Assembly (NCBI GenBank): GCA_963555815.3
Contig: CAUVWX020000001.1
Location: 1,184,001-1,248,000 of the forward strand
DNA: 64,000 nucleotides
Origin: a bacterium
GTDB taxonomy: Bacteria; UBA8248; JACPRG01; G963555815
Reading direction: 5' to 3'
Position 1 is the stretch's first letter, and every line of letters begins with the position of its first letter. Under the pieces are notes generated by a model. The model was not told the origin of the DNA and ran no database searches. It saw nothing but the letters and a program-made list of their open reading frames with translations. Shown here piece after piece: positions 30,767-41,124 of the stretch. A program made the translations under genes and the position numbers.

Positions 30767-32095
30767 TCAGGTCCGAACCTGACCATCACCGTGAATGATG
30801 TATTTGTAGGAGGTGAGCTCCTCAAGCCCCATCGGCCCACGGGCGTGGAGCTTTTGGGTGCTGATCCCCAGCTCCGCCCCGAAGCCAAACTGATTGCCGT
30901 CGGTGAACCGGGTGGAGGCATTCACGTAGACCGCCGCGGCGTCCACTCGCTCTAGGAACTCCTGGCCCCTGGCATCGTCCCGCGTCACGATGGCCTCGGA
31001 GAGCCCTGAGCCGTAACGCTCGATATGGGAAACAGCCGCGTCCAGGTCAGGGACCACCCGGATGGACAAGACAAGGGCGAGATATTCCGTCTCCCAATCG
31101 GCCTCTGTGGCCGCTAAAGCCTCGGGGAGTATCTTTTGTGTCTCAGGGCATCCGCGAAGCTCCACCCCCGCTTGGCGCAAGAGGGGGCTGGCGTGCCTCA
31201 GAAACTTTTCGGCCACATCCCGATGGACCAGCAAGGTTTCCATCGCGTTACACACCCCGGGCCGCTGCGCCTTGGCGTTTAGCACGATGCGGGTCGCCAT
31301 CTCCAGGTCGGCCTCTGCATCCACGTAAACGTGACAGAGGCCCTTCTCGTGATAGACCACCGGGATCCGGGAGTGCTCTCGGACCATCTGCACCAGAGAC
31401 TCCCCGCCTCGAGGGACGATGAGGTCGATCTCTTGGTGGCGCGAGAGGACTTCACGGACCGCCGCACGGTCTGTCGTCGGGACTATCTGAAGCCACTGTA
31501 GGGGAAGCCCCGCCCCCCGCCCGGCCTCCTCCAGGAAACGGGCTAGGGCCTCATTGGTGTGAAAGGCCTCTGACCCTCCCCGCAGGATGACCGCATTTCC
31601 CGCCTTCAGGCAGAGCCCTGCCGCGTCGGCCGTGACATTGGGCCTCGACTCGTAGATGATGCCGATGACGCCCAGGGGGACGCGCTGGCGTTCGATGAGA
31701 AGCCCATTTGGCCGCCGCCACGTGGACGTCACCTCACCGACCGGGTCCGGTAGGGCCGCCACCTCCCGAAGTCCCTGTGCCATCTGTCCAATCCGCCCTT
31801 CGTCCAGTTTTAGCCGGTCGATAAAAGCCTCACTGGTGGTGGCGGGATCGAGGGCCTCCAGGTCACGGCGGTTGGCCGTGAGGATTTCTTCCCGCCTCGC
31901 CTCCAGCGCAGCGGCCATGGCCTCTAGGGCCTGGTCCTTGACGGCCGAGGAGAGAATTCTCAGCGTCTGGGCCGCCGCCTTCGCCGCGCGGGCTAGATCG
32001 GCCACAAGAAGCCGAAGGTCCTGAGGGACATCCTCTTTTGTCTTCAGCGTAGATCCCCTGTCTTTTTTCCGAAGGGCCTCCACGGGCGGCCTCAC
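30767..32095 (-). CDS. proA: Glutamate-5-semialdehyde dehydrogenase (start may be further downstream)
   Basis: VPLGVIGIIYESRPNVT, CNAMETLL, NASTRF.DG, GISTQKLHARGP. Confidence 0.96.
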   Translation of the reverse strand: MRPPVEALRKKDRGSTLKTKEDVPQDLRLLVADLARAAKAAAQTLRILSSAVKDQALEAMAAALEARREEILTANRRDLEALDPATTSEAFIDRLKLDEGRIGQMAQGLREVAALPDPVGEVTSTWRRPNGLLIERQRVPLGVIGIIYESRPNVTADAAGLCLKAGNAVILRGGSEAFHTNEALARFLEEAGRGAGLPLQWLQIVPTTDRAAVREVLSRHQEIDLIVPRGGESLVQMVREHSRIPVVYHEKGLCHVYVDAEADLEMATRIVLNAKAQRPGVCNAMETLLVHRDVAEKFLRHASPLLRQAGVELRGCPETQKILPEALAATEADWETEYLALVLSIRVVPDLDAAVSHIERYGSGLSEAIVTRDDARGQEFLERVDAAAVYVNASTRFTDGNQFGFGAELGISTQKLHARGPMGLEELTSYKYIIHGDGQVRT

Positions 32096-33243
32096 AGCAA
32101 AACGAGGTTATCCCGGTGGATCACCTCATCATATCCCTTGGAGCCCAGGAGCCCTTCGATGGCCCGGGTGTGCCGTCCCTTGATGCGCTTTAGATCTTCT
32201 GAGCTGTAATTGACGAGGCCCCGGGCGAACTCACGGCCGTTTTCCTCCACACAGCTCGCCGAGTCCCCAAACGCAAAAGACCCCTTCACGTCCAGGACCC
32301 CCGAGGGGAGCAGACTTTTTCGGCCCTCCGCCAGGGCCCGCCTGGCCCCCGCGTCCACGACGATCCGCCCCTTCGACTTTCGGCCGAAGGCGATCCAGGG
32401 TTTTCGTCCCCTGAGGCGTTTGCCTTGGGGCCGAAAGAGGGTCCCCACTTCCTCACCTCTGAGAACGGCGGAGATCACCCCGCGGCGCCGACCATAGGCC
32501 ACCACAGAGGGGATCCCTCCCGCTCCAACGGCCCTGGCCGCCTGAAGCTTCGTCACCATCCCGCCAGTCCCAAGGGGCCCGAGCCCAGGTCCAGCTGCCG
32601 CCTGGGCGGTCTCCTGCGAAGGCTCCACCTCGGATAGAAGACAGGCCTTCCCGTCGAGGTGGGGATCGGCCGTATAAAAACCCTCCACATCGGTGAGGAT
32701 GAGCAAGAGGTCCGCCTCCACCATATGGGCCACCAAGGCCGAGAGGGTGTCGTTGTCTCCAAACCAGATCTCTTCAACAGCGACAGTGTCATTTTCGTTG
32801 ACGATGGGGAGGACCCCTTTGGAGAGTAGGGTCAAAAGGGTATTTCTCGCGTTGAGGAACCGCTTTCGGTCCTGGACATCGTCGTGAGTCAGGAGGATCT
32901 GGGCGACGGGCAGACCGGTGCGCCGAAAGTGGCGCTCGTAGGCCTGAATGAGCCTGCTCTGCCCGACTGCCGCCGCCGCCTGCTTGAGGGGGATACTTTT
33001 CGGGGCCCTGTCCAGGTCAAGGGCTTCCAAGCCGGCGCTGATGGCCCCTGAGGAGACCAGGATCGTCTCTTTTCCCGAGCGGCAGACGGATCCGATCTGA
33101 CCCGCAAGGCCTCTCACGGCTGATGGGTCAAGCCCGGCAGTCCCCGAAGAGGCGATCACGCTGCTCCCCACCTTGATGACGACCCGACGGACGCCGGCAA
33201 GGAGCTGCTTTCGGGATGTCTTCCCTCGTCTGGGGTGACTCAT
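32092..33243 (-). CDS. proB: Glutamate 5-kinase with PUA domain
   Basis: [41 protein letters not shown]. Confidence 0.96.
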   Translation of the reverse strand: MSHPRRGKTSRKQLLAGVRRVVIKVGSSVIASSGTAGLDPSAVRGLAGQIGSVCRSGKETILVSSGAISAGLEALDLDRAPKSIPLKQAAAAVGQSRLIQAYERHFRRTGLPVAQILLTHDDVQDRKRFLNARNTLLTLLSKGVLPIVNENDTVAVEEIWFGDNDTLSALVAHMVEADLLLILTDVEGFYTADPHLDGKACLLSEVEPSQETAQAAAGPGLGPLGTGGMVTKLQAARAVGAGGIPSVVAYGRRRGVISAVLRGEEVGTLFRPQGKRLRGRKPWIAFGRKSKGRIVVDAGARRALAEGRKSLLPSGVLDVKGSFAFGDSASCVEENGREFARGLVNYSSEDLKRIKGRHTRAIEGLLGSKGYDEVIHRDNLVLL

Positions 33244-34247
33244 TCCTTCACTCTGACGGGTTCCTGGGCGAGCTGCTCCTTGAGCGCCTCAAGGAGGGCC
33301 CCCACCCCCTCTCCTGTGGCCGCTGAGATGGGGTGGACCTTGAGGGACGGGACAGCTGCGCAAAAGGCGGAAAGGGCCTCCTGGGCCCCCGGCCGGTCCA
33401 TCTTGTTGAGGGCGACGAGCTGGGGCTTCCTCGCCATCTCTTCATCAAACCGGGCGACCTCCAGATTCACAGCCTGATAGGCGTCGATAGGGTTTCCCTC
33501 GGCCGGGAAGAGGTCTACCACGTGAATCAGGACTCGGGTGCGTTGGAGATGGCGAAGAAATTCAATCCCGAGGCCACGACCCTCGTGGGCCCTCTCAATG
33601 AGGCCGGGGATATCGGCCACCACGCAGAATTCGTCGTCATCCAGGGAGACGGTCCCAAGGTGTGGGGCAACCGTCGAGAAGGGATAATCAGCGATTTTGG
33701 ATCGCTGGCGAGATATGCAAGCGAGGAGGGTGGATTTGCCGGCGTTAGGCGCCCCGACGAGCCCCGCGTCCGCAAGGAGGCGGAGTTCCAAGCGGAGCCA
33801 GCGGCCCTCTCCGGGCTCTCCATCCTCGGCGTTGCGAGGGGCCTGGCGGGCGGCGGTCTTGAACCGGGTGTTACCCCGGCCCCCCCGGCCTCCCCTCGCT
33901 GCCAGGAATTCCTGCCCTTCCTGAACGAGGTCCGCCAAGATCTCTTCTGTGGTATCCTCTCTGACAATGGTCCCCAAGGGGATCTCGATGGTCACGTCAG
34001 AACCCGCGCGCCCGTGCTGCCTTTTGCCCCGGCCGTGTCTGCCCCGCTCAGCCCGAAACTGACGGCGATAACGAAAGGCCAGGAGGGTCCGCATTGAAGA
34101 GCGGGCCCTTAGACGGATTGCCCCTCCCCGGCCGCCGTTGCCGCCGTCTGGGCCTCCGAGAGGGACGTATTTTTCCCGCCGAAAGCTGACGCACCCTTTT
34201 CCGCCGGCGCCCCCTTCGAGCCAGATCCGCGCCGAGTCGATGAACAT
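33240..34247 (-). CDS. obgE: GTPase Obg/CgtA
   Basis: MFID, SFRREKYVP.GGPDGG, GAPNAGKST, DYPF, DIPG, NKMD. Confidence 0.96.
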   Translation of the reverse strand: MFIDSARIWLEGGAGGKGCVSFRREKYVPLGGPDGGNGGRGGAIRLRARSSMRTLLAFRYRRQFRAERGRHGRGKRQHGRAGSDVTIEIPLGTIVREDTTEEILADLVQEGQEFLAARGGRGGRGNTRFKTAARQAPRNAEDGEPGEGRWLRLELRLLADAGLVGAPNAGKSTLLACISRQRSKIADYPFSTVAPHLGTVSLDDDEFCVVADIPGLIERAHEGRGLGIEFLRHLQRTRVLIHVVDLFPAEGNPIDAYQAVNLEVARFDEEMARKPQLVALNKMDRPGAQEALSAFCAAVPSLKVHPISAATGEGVGALLEALKEQLAQEPVRVKE

Positions 34248-34260
34248 CGCTGAATGACCA

Positions 34261-34530
34261 TTAGGGGGAACCGGAGGGGGCCTCAACAACCTCAACGTAG
34301 CGTTTTCCGCCGCGCTTGGTCTGAAACCGGACAACCCCCGGTCGGACGGCGAAGAGGGTGTAATCCCCTCCCACGGCGACCCCGTTTCCTGCCTTGAAGG
34401 TGGTCCCACGCTGCCGGACCAGGATCGTGCCGGCGAGGACCTGCTGGCCGCCATAGCGCTTGACGCCCAGGCGCTTTCCACGACTGTCTCGACCGTTGCT
34501 GCTGCTGCCGCCGCCTTTTTTATGAGCCAT
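34261..34530 (-). CDS. rpmA: 50S ribosomal protein L27
   Basis: [25 protein letters not shown]. Confidence 0.98.
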   Translation of the reverse strand: MAHKKGGGSSSNGRDSRGKRLGVKRYGGQQVLAGTILVRQRGTTFKAGNGVAVGGDYTLFAVRPGVVRFQTKRGGKRYVEVVEAPSGSP

Positions 34531-34858
34531 GTTCTGTCGCTCCCGTGGGCCCCGAGATCTGGGTGATCCGGACGGCCGTAAAATCCTGGCGATGGCCCTG
34601 CTTGCGCTTGTAATTCTTCCTTCGCTTCTTCTTGAAGACGATGATTTTTTTGCCCCGACCTTGCTGAAGGATGATCCCCGTGACCTTGGCTTCCTTCAGC
34701 TTATCCGAAGAGACCTCAACCGCTTCGCCCTCGCCCAGGAGCAGGACCTGAGAGAAGGTGATCTCTTGCCCCACCTCCCCGTCGAGCCGCTGGATGCGGA
34801 TGATGTCCCCTTCAGCCACCCGATATTGGTGTGCCCCTTTGGCGATAACGGCGTACAT
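34520..34858 (-). CDS. rplU: 50S ribosomal protein L21
   Basis: [26 protein letters not shown]. Confidence 0.97.
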   Translation of the reverse strand: MYAVIAKGAHQYRVAEGDIIRIQRLDGEVGQEITFSQVLLLGEGEAVEVSSDKLKEAKVTGIILQQGRGKKIIVFKKKRRKNYKRKQGHRQDFTAVRITQISGPTGATEHGS

Positions 34859-34872
34859 TCCCCCCCCCCAGC

Positions 34873-34922
34873 CAGGCACCCCAATAAAAACCGCCGGAAT
34901 CTTCCGGCGCGAAGGGTACCTG
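34873..34922 (-). promoter_or_regulatory. Structured rplU 5' leader with nested hairpin and U-tract
   Basis: CGCCGGAA-GA-TTCCGGCG then GTTTTTATT, enclosed by a CAGGTACCC/GGGTGCCTG stem; TTGACG-17-TAAGTT promoter upstream. Confidence 0.5.
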
Positions 34923-35022
34923 AAAAGGACCAGCCTCTGACACCTTGAAAGATAATAACTTAATACCCTGTCATCTCCTCGTCAAGGCCCAAAAACCCTT
35001 GCCAAGCCAGAACCCTGGCCTA

Positions 35023-35820
35023 TCAATCCTTCATCGCCTGCTTGAGGGATTGAACAAAATCGCCGGCCGCCTGGAGTTTCCCCTCGGCGCCCTTGGCAGC
35101 GTCCATGATGTCGATGAGGGCGCTCCCAACGATGACCCCATCGGCGTGTCGGCTGACGTTGCGGGCCTGCTCGGGGGTCTTGATGCCAAAGCCGGCGGCG
35201 ACGGGCACTGAGGTCCGGGCCCGGATGGCCGCGAGGCCAGCCTGAAGGTCCTCGTCGACTCGGTCTCGAGCGCCCGTCACGCCCAGGTGAGCGACATAGT
35301 AGATGAACCCCTTGGCCTTCTGGCAGATGAGGTCTCGCCTGTGGTCCGTGCTGGTTGGGGCCAGCATCCAAACGAGGTCAAGATTCGTATCCCGGGTGAG
35401 GTCAAGGAGTTCTCCCGCCTCCTCCGCAGGAAGGTCCGGCACGATGACGCCGTCCACGCCGACCCCCAGGGCCTCCTCGACAAATTTCCTCTCTCCGAAG
35501 GCGAAGATGGGGTTGAAGTAGGTCATCAGGACGAGGGGGATTTTCACCTGCCCCCGCAGCGCCTCGACCATCTCTAGAACCGCCCGAAGGGTCGTCCCGG
35601 CCTCAAGGGAGCGGGCCGAGGCGCGCTGGATGGTCGGGCCGTCGGCAAGGGGGTCAGAGAAGGGGACACCGAGTTCAATCAGGTCTGCCCCCATCGCTTG
35701 CAGGCTAAGGACCAGCTTGCGCGTGTGGCCAAGGGAGGGGTCTCCCGCCGTCACGAAGGGGATGAGGGCCCGCTCGCCAGACGAGCGAAGGGCGAGAAAG
35801 CGTTGGGTGATACGGCTCAT
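35023..35820 (-). CDS. trpA: Tryptophan synthase alpha subunit
   Basis: [41 protein letters not shown]. Confidence 0.97.
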   Translation of the reverse strand: MSRITQRFLALRSSGERALIPFVTAGDPSLGHTRKLVLSLQAMGADLIELGVPFSDPLADGPTIQRASARSLEAGTTLRAVLEMVEALRGQVKIPLVLMTYFNPIFAFGERKFVEEALGVGVDGVIVPDLPAEEAGELLDLTRDTNLDLVWMLAPTSTDHRRDLICQKAKGFIYYVAHLGVTGARDRVDEDLQAGLAAIRARTSVPVAAGFGIKTPEQARNVSRHADGVIVGSALIDIMDAAKGAEGKLQAAGDFVQSLKQAMKD

Positions 35821-37058
35821 GCCCCGCCCGTCTTTGAGGGAGGCGACTCCTGTCCAGCTGAGTCCTCCCTGAGGCGGCTCACCAGGGCGACGTCCTTATC
35901 GCCCCTCCCGGAGAGGCAGAGAAGGACGATGTCCTCAGGTCCCAACTCCCCAACGAGCTTGGGCAGGTAGGCGATGGCGTGGGCGGGCTCAAGGGCTGGG
36001 ATGATTCCCTCGGTCTTCGCCAGGAGCTCAAAGCCCGCGAGGGCCTCTTCGTCCGTGACGCTCTTATATTCGGCGCGCCTAGAATCCTTATAGAAACTGT
36101 GCTCGGGCCCCACCCCCGGATAATCCAGGCCCGCCGAGATGGAGTGGGCAGGCGAAACCTGGCCGTCGGAGTCATAAAGGAGGTAGCTCTTGCTCCCGTG
36201 GAGGACCCCCGGGGAGCCGGCCCCAAGGGAAGCCCCGTGCTGCCCCGTCTCCAGGCCCAAGCCCCCTGCCTCGACCCCGACCATCCGCACACCTTTGTCT
36301 TCGAAGAAGGGGTGAAAGAGGCCGATGGCGTTGCTCCCCCCTCCGACACAGGCGAGGAGGACATCGGGGAGGCGACCGATCAGGGCAAGGCACTGCTCCC
36401 TTGCCTCCCGACCGATGACGGACTGAAAATCTCGCACCATCATGGGGAAGGGATGAGGGCCGACAACAGACCCGAGGATGTAATGGGTGGTCCGCACTGT
36501 TGCGGTCCAATCTCGAAGACATTCACTGGTGGCGTCCTTCAAAGTCCCGGTCCCGGTCGCGACGGGGGAGACCTCAGTCCCCAGCAGGCGCATGCGAAAA
36601 ACATTGAGGCGCTGGCGCTCCATGTCCTCCACGCCCATGTAGACCCTGCATTTGAGACCCAGCAGTGCGGCCGCCGTCGCAGTGGCCACCCCGTGCTGGC
36701 CCGCCCCCGTCTCTGCGATGATTCGCCCCTTTTCCAGCCTTCGGGCAAGGAGGCCCTGTCCGAGGGTGTTGTTGATCTTGTGGGCGCCTGTGTGGCAGAG
36801 ATCCTCACGCTTGAGGAAGACCCGGCACCGCCCCAGCCGGGCCGACAGGTTCTTTGCCTCATACAGGGGGGTGGGTCGGCCGGCATAACGGCTCAGGAGG
36901 GCCGCCAGCTCTTGCTGAAATCCCTCCTCTTGCTGGACCCTCTTGTAGGCCTCCTCCAGCTCTTCCAAGGCCGGCATCAGGGTCTCTGGGACAAAGCGTC
37001 CGCCGAAGCCTCCGAACTGGCCCCGGACATCAGGGCGAGGGGGGACATTCGGGCTCAT
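35817..37058 (-). CDS. trpB: Tryptophan synthase beta subunit
   Basis: [43 protein letters not shown]. Confidence 0.97.
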   Translation of the reverse strand: MSPNVPPRPDVRGQFGGFGGRFVPETLMPALEELEEAYKRVQQEEGFQQELAALLSRYAGRPTPLYEAKNLSARLGRCRVFLKREDLCHTGAHKINNTLGQGLLARRLEKGRIIAETGAGQHGVATATAAALLGLKCRVYMGVEDMERQRLNVFRMRLLGTEVSPVATGTGTLKDATSECLRDWTATVRTTHYILGSVVGPHPFPMMVRDFQSVIGREAREQCLALIGRLPDVLLACVGGGSNAIGLFHPFFEDKGVRMVGVEAGGLGLETGQHGASLGAGSPGVLHGSKSYLLYDSDGQVSPAHSISAGLDYPGVGPEHSFYKDSRRAEYKSVTDEEALAGFELLAKTEGIIPALEPAHAIAYLPKLVGELGPEDIVLLCLSGRGDKDVALVSRLREDSAGQESPPSKTGGA

Positions 37059-37068
37059 TTTTCCCCCC

Positions 37069-37719
37069 TTAGCAGGAGACCCCTGCGGCCCTTGCCTGCT
37101 GGATGAAGAAGCGGACTTTCTCAGGGTCTTTCTTACAGAGTTCGGCCTCGACGCCGCTGGAGACGTCCACCCCATAGGGGGAGAGCCGGCGAACGGCCTC
37201 AGCCACGTTGTCCGGATTCAGGCCGCCTGAGAGGATGAAGGGGCCGAAGGCCTTTGCCTTGAGGGCCAGCTCCCAGTCGAAGCTCCGGCCGGTCCCCCCG
37301 AGGGCGTCGGCGTGGTAGGCGTCCAGGAGAGGGGTGACGGGGGTGTTATCAAGATAGGCGGGGATCTGGTCCAGGGTCTCCCGGTCTCTGATCCGAAAGG
37401 CCTTGATGACCCGAATGGGATGAGTGGGAGAGCCGGTGAGCTGGCGACAGTAGTCTGACGATTCGTCCCCGTGAAGTTGAACCGTGGTCAGCCGGCAATA
37501 TCGGATGGCGGTCCTGACTTCGTCGAGTTGGCTGTCAGCAAAGACCCCGACGGCCACGAGGAAGGGGGGGAGGTGATGGGTGATTTCCCGGGCTGTTTCC
37601 CACTGAATGCAGCGGGGATAGCCCTCCACGAAATTCAGGCCAATAGCGTCTGCACCGGCTTCTGCAGCCATCTTGGCGTCTTCGAGATTTGTCACCCCGC
37701 AGATTTTCACCTTGATCAC
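37069..37719 (-). CDS. trpF: Phosphoribosylanthranilate isomerase
   Basis: [37 protein letters not shown]. Confidence 0.96.
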   Translation of the reverse strand: MIKVKICGVTNLEDAKMAAEAGADAIGLNFVEGYPRCIQWETAREITHHLPPFLVAVGVFADSQLDEVRTAIRYCRLTTVQLHGDESSDYCRQLTGSPTHPIRVIKAFRIRDRETLDQIPAYLDNTPVTPLLDAYHADALGGTGRSFDWELALKAKAFGPFILSGGLNPDNVAEAVRRLSPYGVDVSSGVEAELCKKDPEKVRFFIQQARAAGVSC

Positions 37720-37790
37720 GATTTAGGCCTTCCAGGCAACGGACGCCGCGTATTGGTAGCATCTATATAGCATTCTGAAACCTCGATGGA

Positions 37791-37814
37791 AAGGCGTTGC
37801 GGCCGCAACGCCTT
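37791..37814. repeat. Perfect 24-bp palindrome between trxA and trpF
   Basis: AAGGCGTTGCGG|CCGCAACGCCTT. Confidence 0.9.
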
Positions 37815-37949
37815 GATCCTGCTGTGGAAAGGACGTTTTGAGCCTTTTCCCTTCGAGGGGAGCACAACCTAGATCAGCAAGTGGCCTTCGGCAGAAAGAA
37901 AAAACAGGGAGGGGGGAGAGCAGGCCCTGCGATGAAGAGTTTTAGGGCT

Positions 37950-38276
37950 TCAGAGGTGCTGATCGATCACCTTTTGGATGTCCCGCTTCGAACGAACCCC
38001 TACCACCTGCTCGACCACTTCGCCTCCTTTAAATAAAAGGAGCGTCGGGATTCCCCGAATGCCGAAGCGGGAGGCGACGTGAGGGCTGTCGTCCACATTC
38101 AATTTGCCCACCCGAAGCCGACCGGCATTGTCGTCGGCCAACTGGGCCACCGTCGGTGACACCATCTTGCACGGGGCACACCACTCGGCCCAGAAATCCA
38201 CCATGGTGAGGGTCCCGTTGGCGATGACCTCCTTGTCGAAGTTGAAGTCTGTAAACTCGAGAACGTTCTCCGACAT
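37950..38276 (-). CDS. trxA: Thioredoxin
   Basis: DFWAEWCAPC, KLNVD, GIPTL; no signal peptide. Confidence 0.95.
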   Translation of the reverse strand: MSENVLEFTDFNFDKEVIANGTLTMVDFWAEWCAPCKMVSPTVAQLADDNAGRLRVGKLNVDDSPHVASRFGIRGIPTLLLFKGGEVVEQVVGVRSKRDIQKVIDQHL

Positions 38277-38437
38277 GCAGCACACTCCTCCAGAAAAGAT
38301 TGGCTCAACTGAAGGCTAGCACATCCTAGCTGAATCGCCCAAAAGTTCGGTTAAAGAAGAGTTCACTTAACAAGCTATGTCTCCCTCTTTCCCTTGGCAA
38401 GTCCCCAGAGAGGGCGGCAGAGGGCGTTCTTTTCGGC

Positions 38438-38863
38438 TCAGGAGCCATAGCGGATCCTGGAGAGGATCTTCTTCAGCTCCTCCACGTCATTCGTTTCTAC
38501 ATGGACCTGGTCTTCCAGGAGGACCCGAAGATCGGTGTCCTCTTCAGCCTCCTTCAAGACCTCCTCATATTTATGAAGGGCTCGCTCCTCCAGGGTCAGG
38601 TCCTGTTCCAACATGGTTTGGGCGTCTGTCGCCACTTGGGTGGTCCCGGGTTCTGACGTGGGAATTTCGCCCATGGCCGCGATCTTGTCACCAAGGAGCT
38701 TAGCGTGGGCATGGGACTCTTTACTATTCTGCAGAAAAAAGTCCTCCAGATAGAGCCGCTCCATTCCCTGGACGATAAAACTTTGCTCAAGGTACTGGAT
38801 AGTGGCCGCAAGTTCGAGACTCAGAAGCTCGTTGAGCCCCTGGATTACCTTCGCCTTGTTCAT
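38438..38863 (-). CDS. Ferritin-like/bacterioferritin-like protein
   Basis: LNELLSLELAATIQY, HA..L..KI..MG..P, DL.LE..A...Y four-helix-bundle pattern. Confidence 0.8.
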   Translation of the reverse strand: MNKAKVIQGLNELLSLELAATIQYLEQSFIVQGMERLYLEDFFLQNSKESHAHAKLLGDKIAAMGEIPTSEPGTTQVATDAQTMLEQDLTLEERALHKYEEVLKEAEEDTDLRVLLEDQVHVETNDVEELKKILSRIRYGS

Positions 38864-39001
38864 CTGTTCTCTCTCCGAAAGGTGGGCTGCTAGTGGAGGG
38901 GAAGGTCTCTCATTGCTTGGGGAGATGAAAAACTTCCATGACAGCTGTCCGAGGCCTCTTCAGACCCAGCCGGTGCGGGTTGGAGGCGGCCCCCCTCATC
39001 C

Positions 39002-39469
39002 TCATGCGTCAAAATCTTTTAGCTCTTCGTCGAGGATGTCGGTATATCGCTGATCGGTCGGACTTTGGGGGGATGAGGGCCCCTCGTCCCCCTCCTCCTC
39101 TCCGCGAGACCAGCGCCGGATGAGGACATACAAAACGCCTCCCCCCGACAAAATGCCCGCCAGCGGGAGATACCAGGCCGTCAGGTAGAAACCCCGCTGG
39201 GGAGGGGACGGGAGGACCTCCTCTCCATAGAGATCGACGAAGTGATCGATGATCTCCTGCTTCGACTTCCCTTGGGCGATGAGCTGGCGGATGAGCTCCC
39301 TCAGTTGTTCAGACTCTGCGCTCGGGCAGTTGGAGATGAGGCGCCCGTCGCAGACGGGGCTCATGATGGAGTTGGCGATGTCCATCGGGTCGGGCGGGTG
39401 AGGAGGCTGGGCGCCGGCGGGCGTTCCCAAGAAAGCTGCCAACAGGATTCCAAGGCCGATTGCTCTCAT
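39002..39469 (-). CDS. ccmH: Cytochrome c biogenesis protein CcmH-like
   Basis: Signal peptide, MSPVCDG..ISNCPS, G.S.QEIIDHFVDLYGEEVL..PP, C-terminal TM. Confidence 0.85.
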   Translation of the reverse strand: MRAIGLGILLAAFLGTPAGAQPPHPPDPMDIANSIMSPVCDGRLISNCPSAESEQLRELIRQLIAQGKSKQEIIDHFVDLYGEEVLPSPPQRGFYLTAWYLPLAGILSGGGVLYVLIRRWSRGEEEGDEGPSSPQSPTDQRYTDILDEELKDFDA

Positions 39470-39606
39470 CCCTTCTCCTCTTTCTCCAACTGACGCTTGA
39501 GGGCCCTCAGGTCTCTTCGTATCTCCTTTCCCTGTTTGGCCAGATGAAGGAGGTAGAGAAAGAAAACGATCCACACAATGGCAAATGCCGAAAACAGGTA
39601 GCTCAT
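39466..39606 (-). CDS. ccmD: CcmD heme exporter small subunit (46 aa, below the ORF-track cutoff)
   Basis: MSYLFSAFAIVWIVFFLYLLHL plus a basic tail; between ccmC and ccmH with ATGA overlap. Confidence 0.8.
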   Translation of the reverse strand: MSYLFSAFAIVWIVFFLYLLHLAKQGKEIRRDLRALKRQLEKEEKG

Positions 39607-39612
39607 GGTCAG

Positions 39613-40377
39613 CTATTGTCCTTCCGCCGCGCGGTGCTGAAGCTGGGCCAACTCCTCCCGCATCCACTCTAGAGAGATCCGCTGGCGCAGGACGGCAGCG
39701 AAGAGGACGGCAAAGGCCACGGAGGAAACCACCAAGGCGATGAGAAAGGCGGGATCTGTTAGACCCGACCCAAATCCCCTCTCCGTGAGCACAACCGGCT
39801 GGGGATGAAGGGTCCGCCAGAGTTGAACCGAGAAGTGATTCAGGGGGATGGTGAGGGCCCCGAAGATGCCGAGGACGGCGGCATAGCGGGCCTTTCGTCC
39901 TGGCTCCAGGTCTTGGGCTCGGATCATCAGATAGCCGACGTAGATGAACCATAGGAGCAGGGTCAGGGTGAGCCGCATATCCCAGACCCACCAAACTCCC
40001 CAAATGGGGCGACCCCAGATGGGACCCGTCAGGAGGATCAGGGTACAGAAGATGACGCCCACCTCGGCGAGGCTATGGGCGTAGATGTCCAGGCGACGAT
40101 CCTTCTTCCAGAGATAGAGCGCGCTCATCACGCCCACGAGACCGAAGGCGAGAAAGGCGATCCAGGCCACCGGGACATGAACGTATATGATGCGGTAGGC
40201 TTCACCTTGGATCCTCTCCGTTGGGGCGTAGAGAAGCCCAAGGTAGAGAGCGCCGACCATCAGGACAAGGGCCCCACCAATGGTGAGGAAGTCGTAGGTC
40301 TTGGACCCCACTTCCAGCCATTGCTCTTTTAACGGAGTGGAAGGCGGGGCGGGTTTCTGAGTGTGGGCATACGACAT
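39613..40377 (-). CDS. ccmC: Heme exporter CcmC
   Basis: IYVHVP.AW, WGRPIWGVWWVWD (WWD domain), WRTLHP. Confidence 0.95.
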   Translation of the reverse strand: MSYAHTQKPAPPSTPLKEQWLEVGSKTYDFLTIGGALVLMVGALYLGLLYAPTERIQGEAYRIIYVHVPVAWIAFLAFGLVGVMSALYLWKKDRRLDIYAHSLAEVGVIFCTLILLTGPIWGRPIWGVWWVWDMRLTLTLLLWFIYVGYLMIRAQDLEPGRKARYAAVLGIFGALTIPLNHFSVQLWRTLHPQPVVLTERGFGSGLTDPAFLIALVVSSVAFAVLFAAVLRQRISLEWMREELAQLQHRAAEGQ

Positions 40378-40389
40378 CTGGAGGGGCTC

Positions 40390-41124
40390 CTACTCCTCTA
40401 GGACATATTCCGCGACTAAAAGAGATGCTACCAAAAACACGACGTCATAGACAACCAGGAACCGCAGGGCGTCCCCCCCCCAACCCTCACCGGCCAGGAC
40501 GTGGGCTGTCCCCCTGACGGCCGCGATGAGGACGGGAACCACTACGGGGAAGAGCAGGAGCGGGAGCATCACCTCCCGAGCCTTGGTGTTGACGGCGATA
40601 GACGCAAAGAGCGATCCCACCGACCCAAGCCCTACGGTTGCCAAGAGCACGATGGGGGCCAGGGTCCATACGACAAGGTGCAGGGGAAGATTGTAGAGGA
40701 TCCCAAAAAGGGGCAGGCTCACGGCCTCCACGACCAGAAGGAAGATGAGGTTTCCAACCATCTTTCCAAGAAAGAGGGCACTGCGATCAATAGGAGAGAG
40801 TAGAAGGCCTTGCATACAATCCCCCTCCTTCTCAAGAGCGAAGGTGTGGTTCATCCCCAGGACCGCCGCGAAGAGGAAGGCGGTCCAGAGGATCCCGGAG
40901 GCCACGGGCACTTCTCTGCCTGCACCCGGCCCGAAGGCGAAGTTGAAGAGGACCAGGACGAGGAGGGTGAAGACCGCCATCGTGATGACCACCCCCTTAG
41001 ATCGGTACTCAACCACCACGTCCTTCCACACAATGGCCCCCACCTGGGCAAAATAGCGCCAGCGCCTCCTCGGCCAGGTCGGCCCCCCGCGCAGCAACTT
41101 CTGCTCTTTTAGCTCTACCATCAC
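40390..41124 (-). CDS. ccmB: Heme exporter CcmB
   Basis: KD...E.R, F..EKE.DC..GLLLSP, REV.LPLLLFP; 6 TM segments. Confidence 0.93.
   Translation of the reverse strand: MMVELKEQKLLRGGPTWPRRRWRYFAQVGAIVWKDVVVEYRSKGVVITMAVFTLLVLVLFNFAFGPGAGREVPVASGILWTAFLFAAVLGMNHTFALEKEGDCMQGLLLSPIDRSALFLGKMVGNLIFLLVVEAVSLPLFGILYNLPLHLVVWTLAPIVLLATVGLGSVGSLFASIAVNTKAREVMLPLLLFPVVVPVLIAAVRGTAHVLAGEGWGGDALRFLVVYDVVFLVASLLVAEYVLEE

Noticed and set aside
34247..34481. N-terminal extension of Obg
   Set aside because: Overlaps rpmA; the canonical MFID start is at 34247
38344..38371. AGTTC-N2-TTAA direct repeat upstream of trxA as a known operator
   Set aside because: Matches no motif I can name; 16-bp spacing; chance cannot be excluded
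39469..40003. 333-aa extended CcmH ORF
   Set aside because: The extension overlaps ccmC and ccmD; the signal peptide begins at 39469
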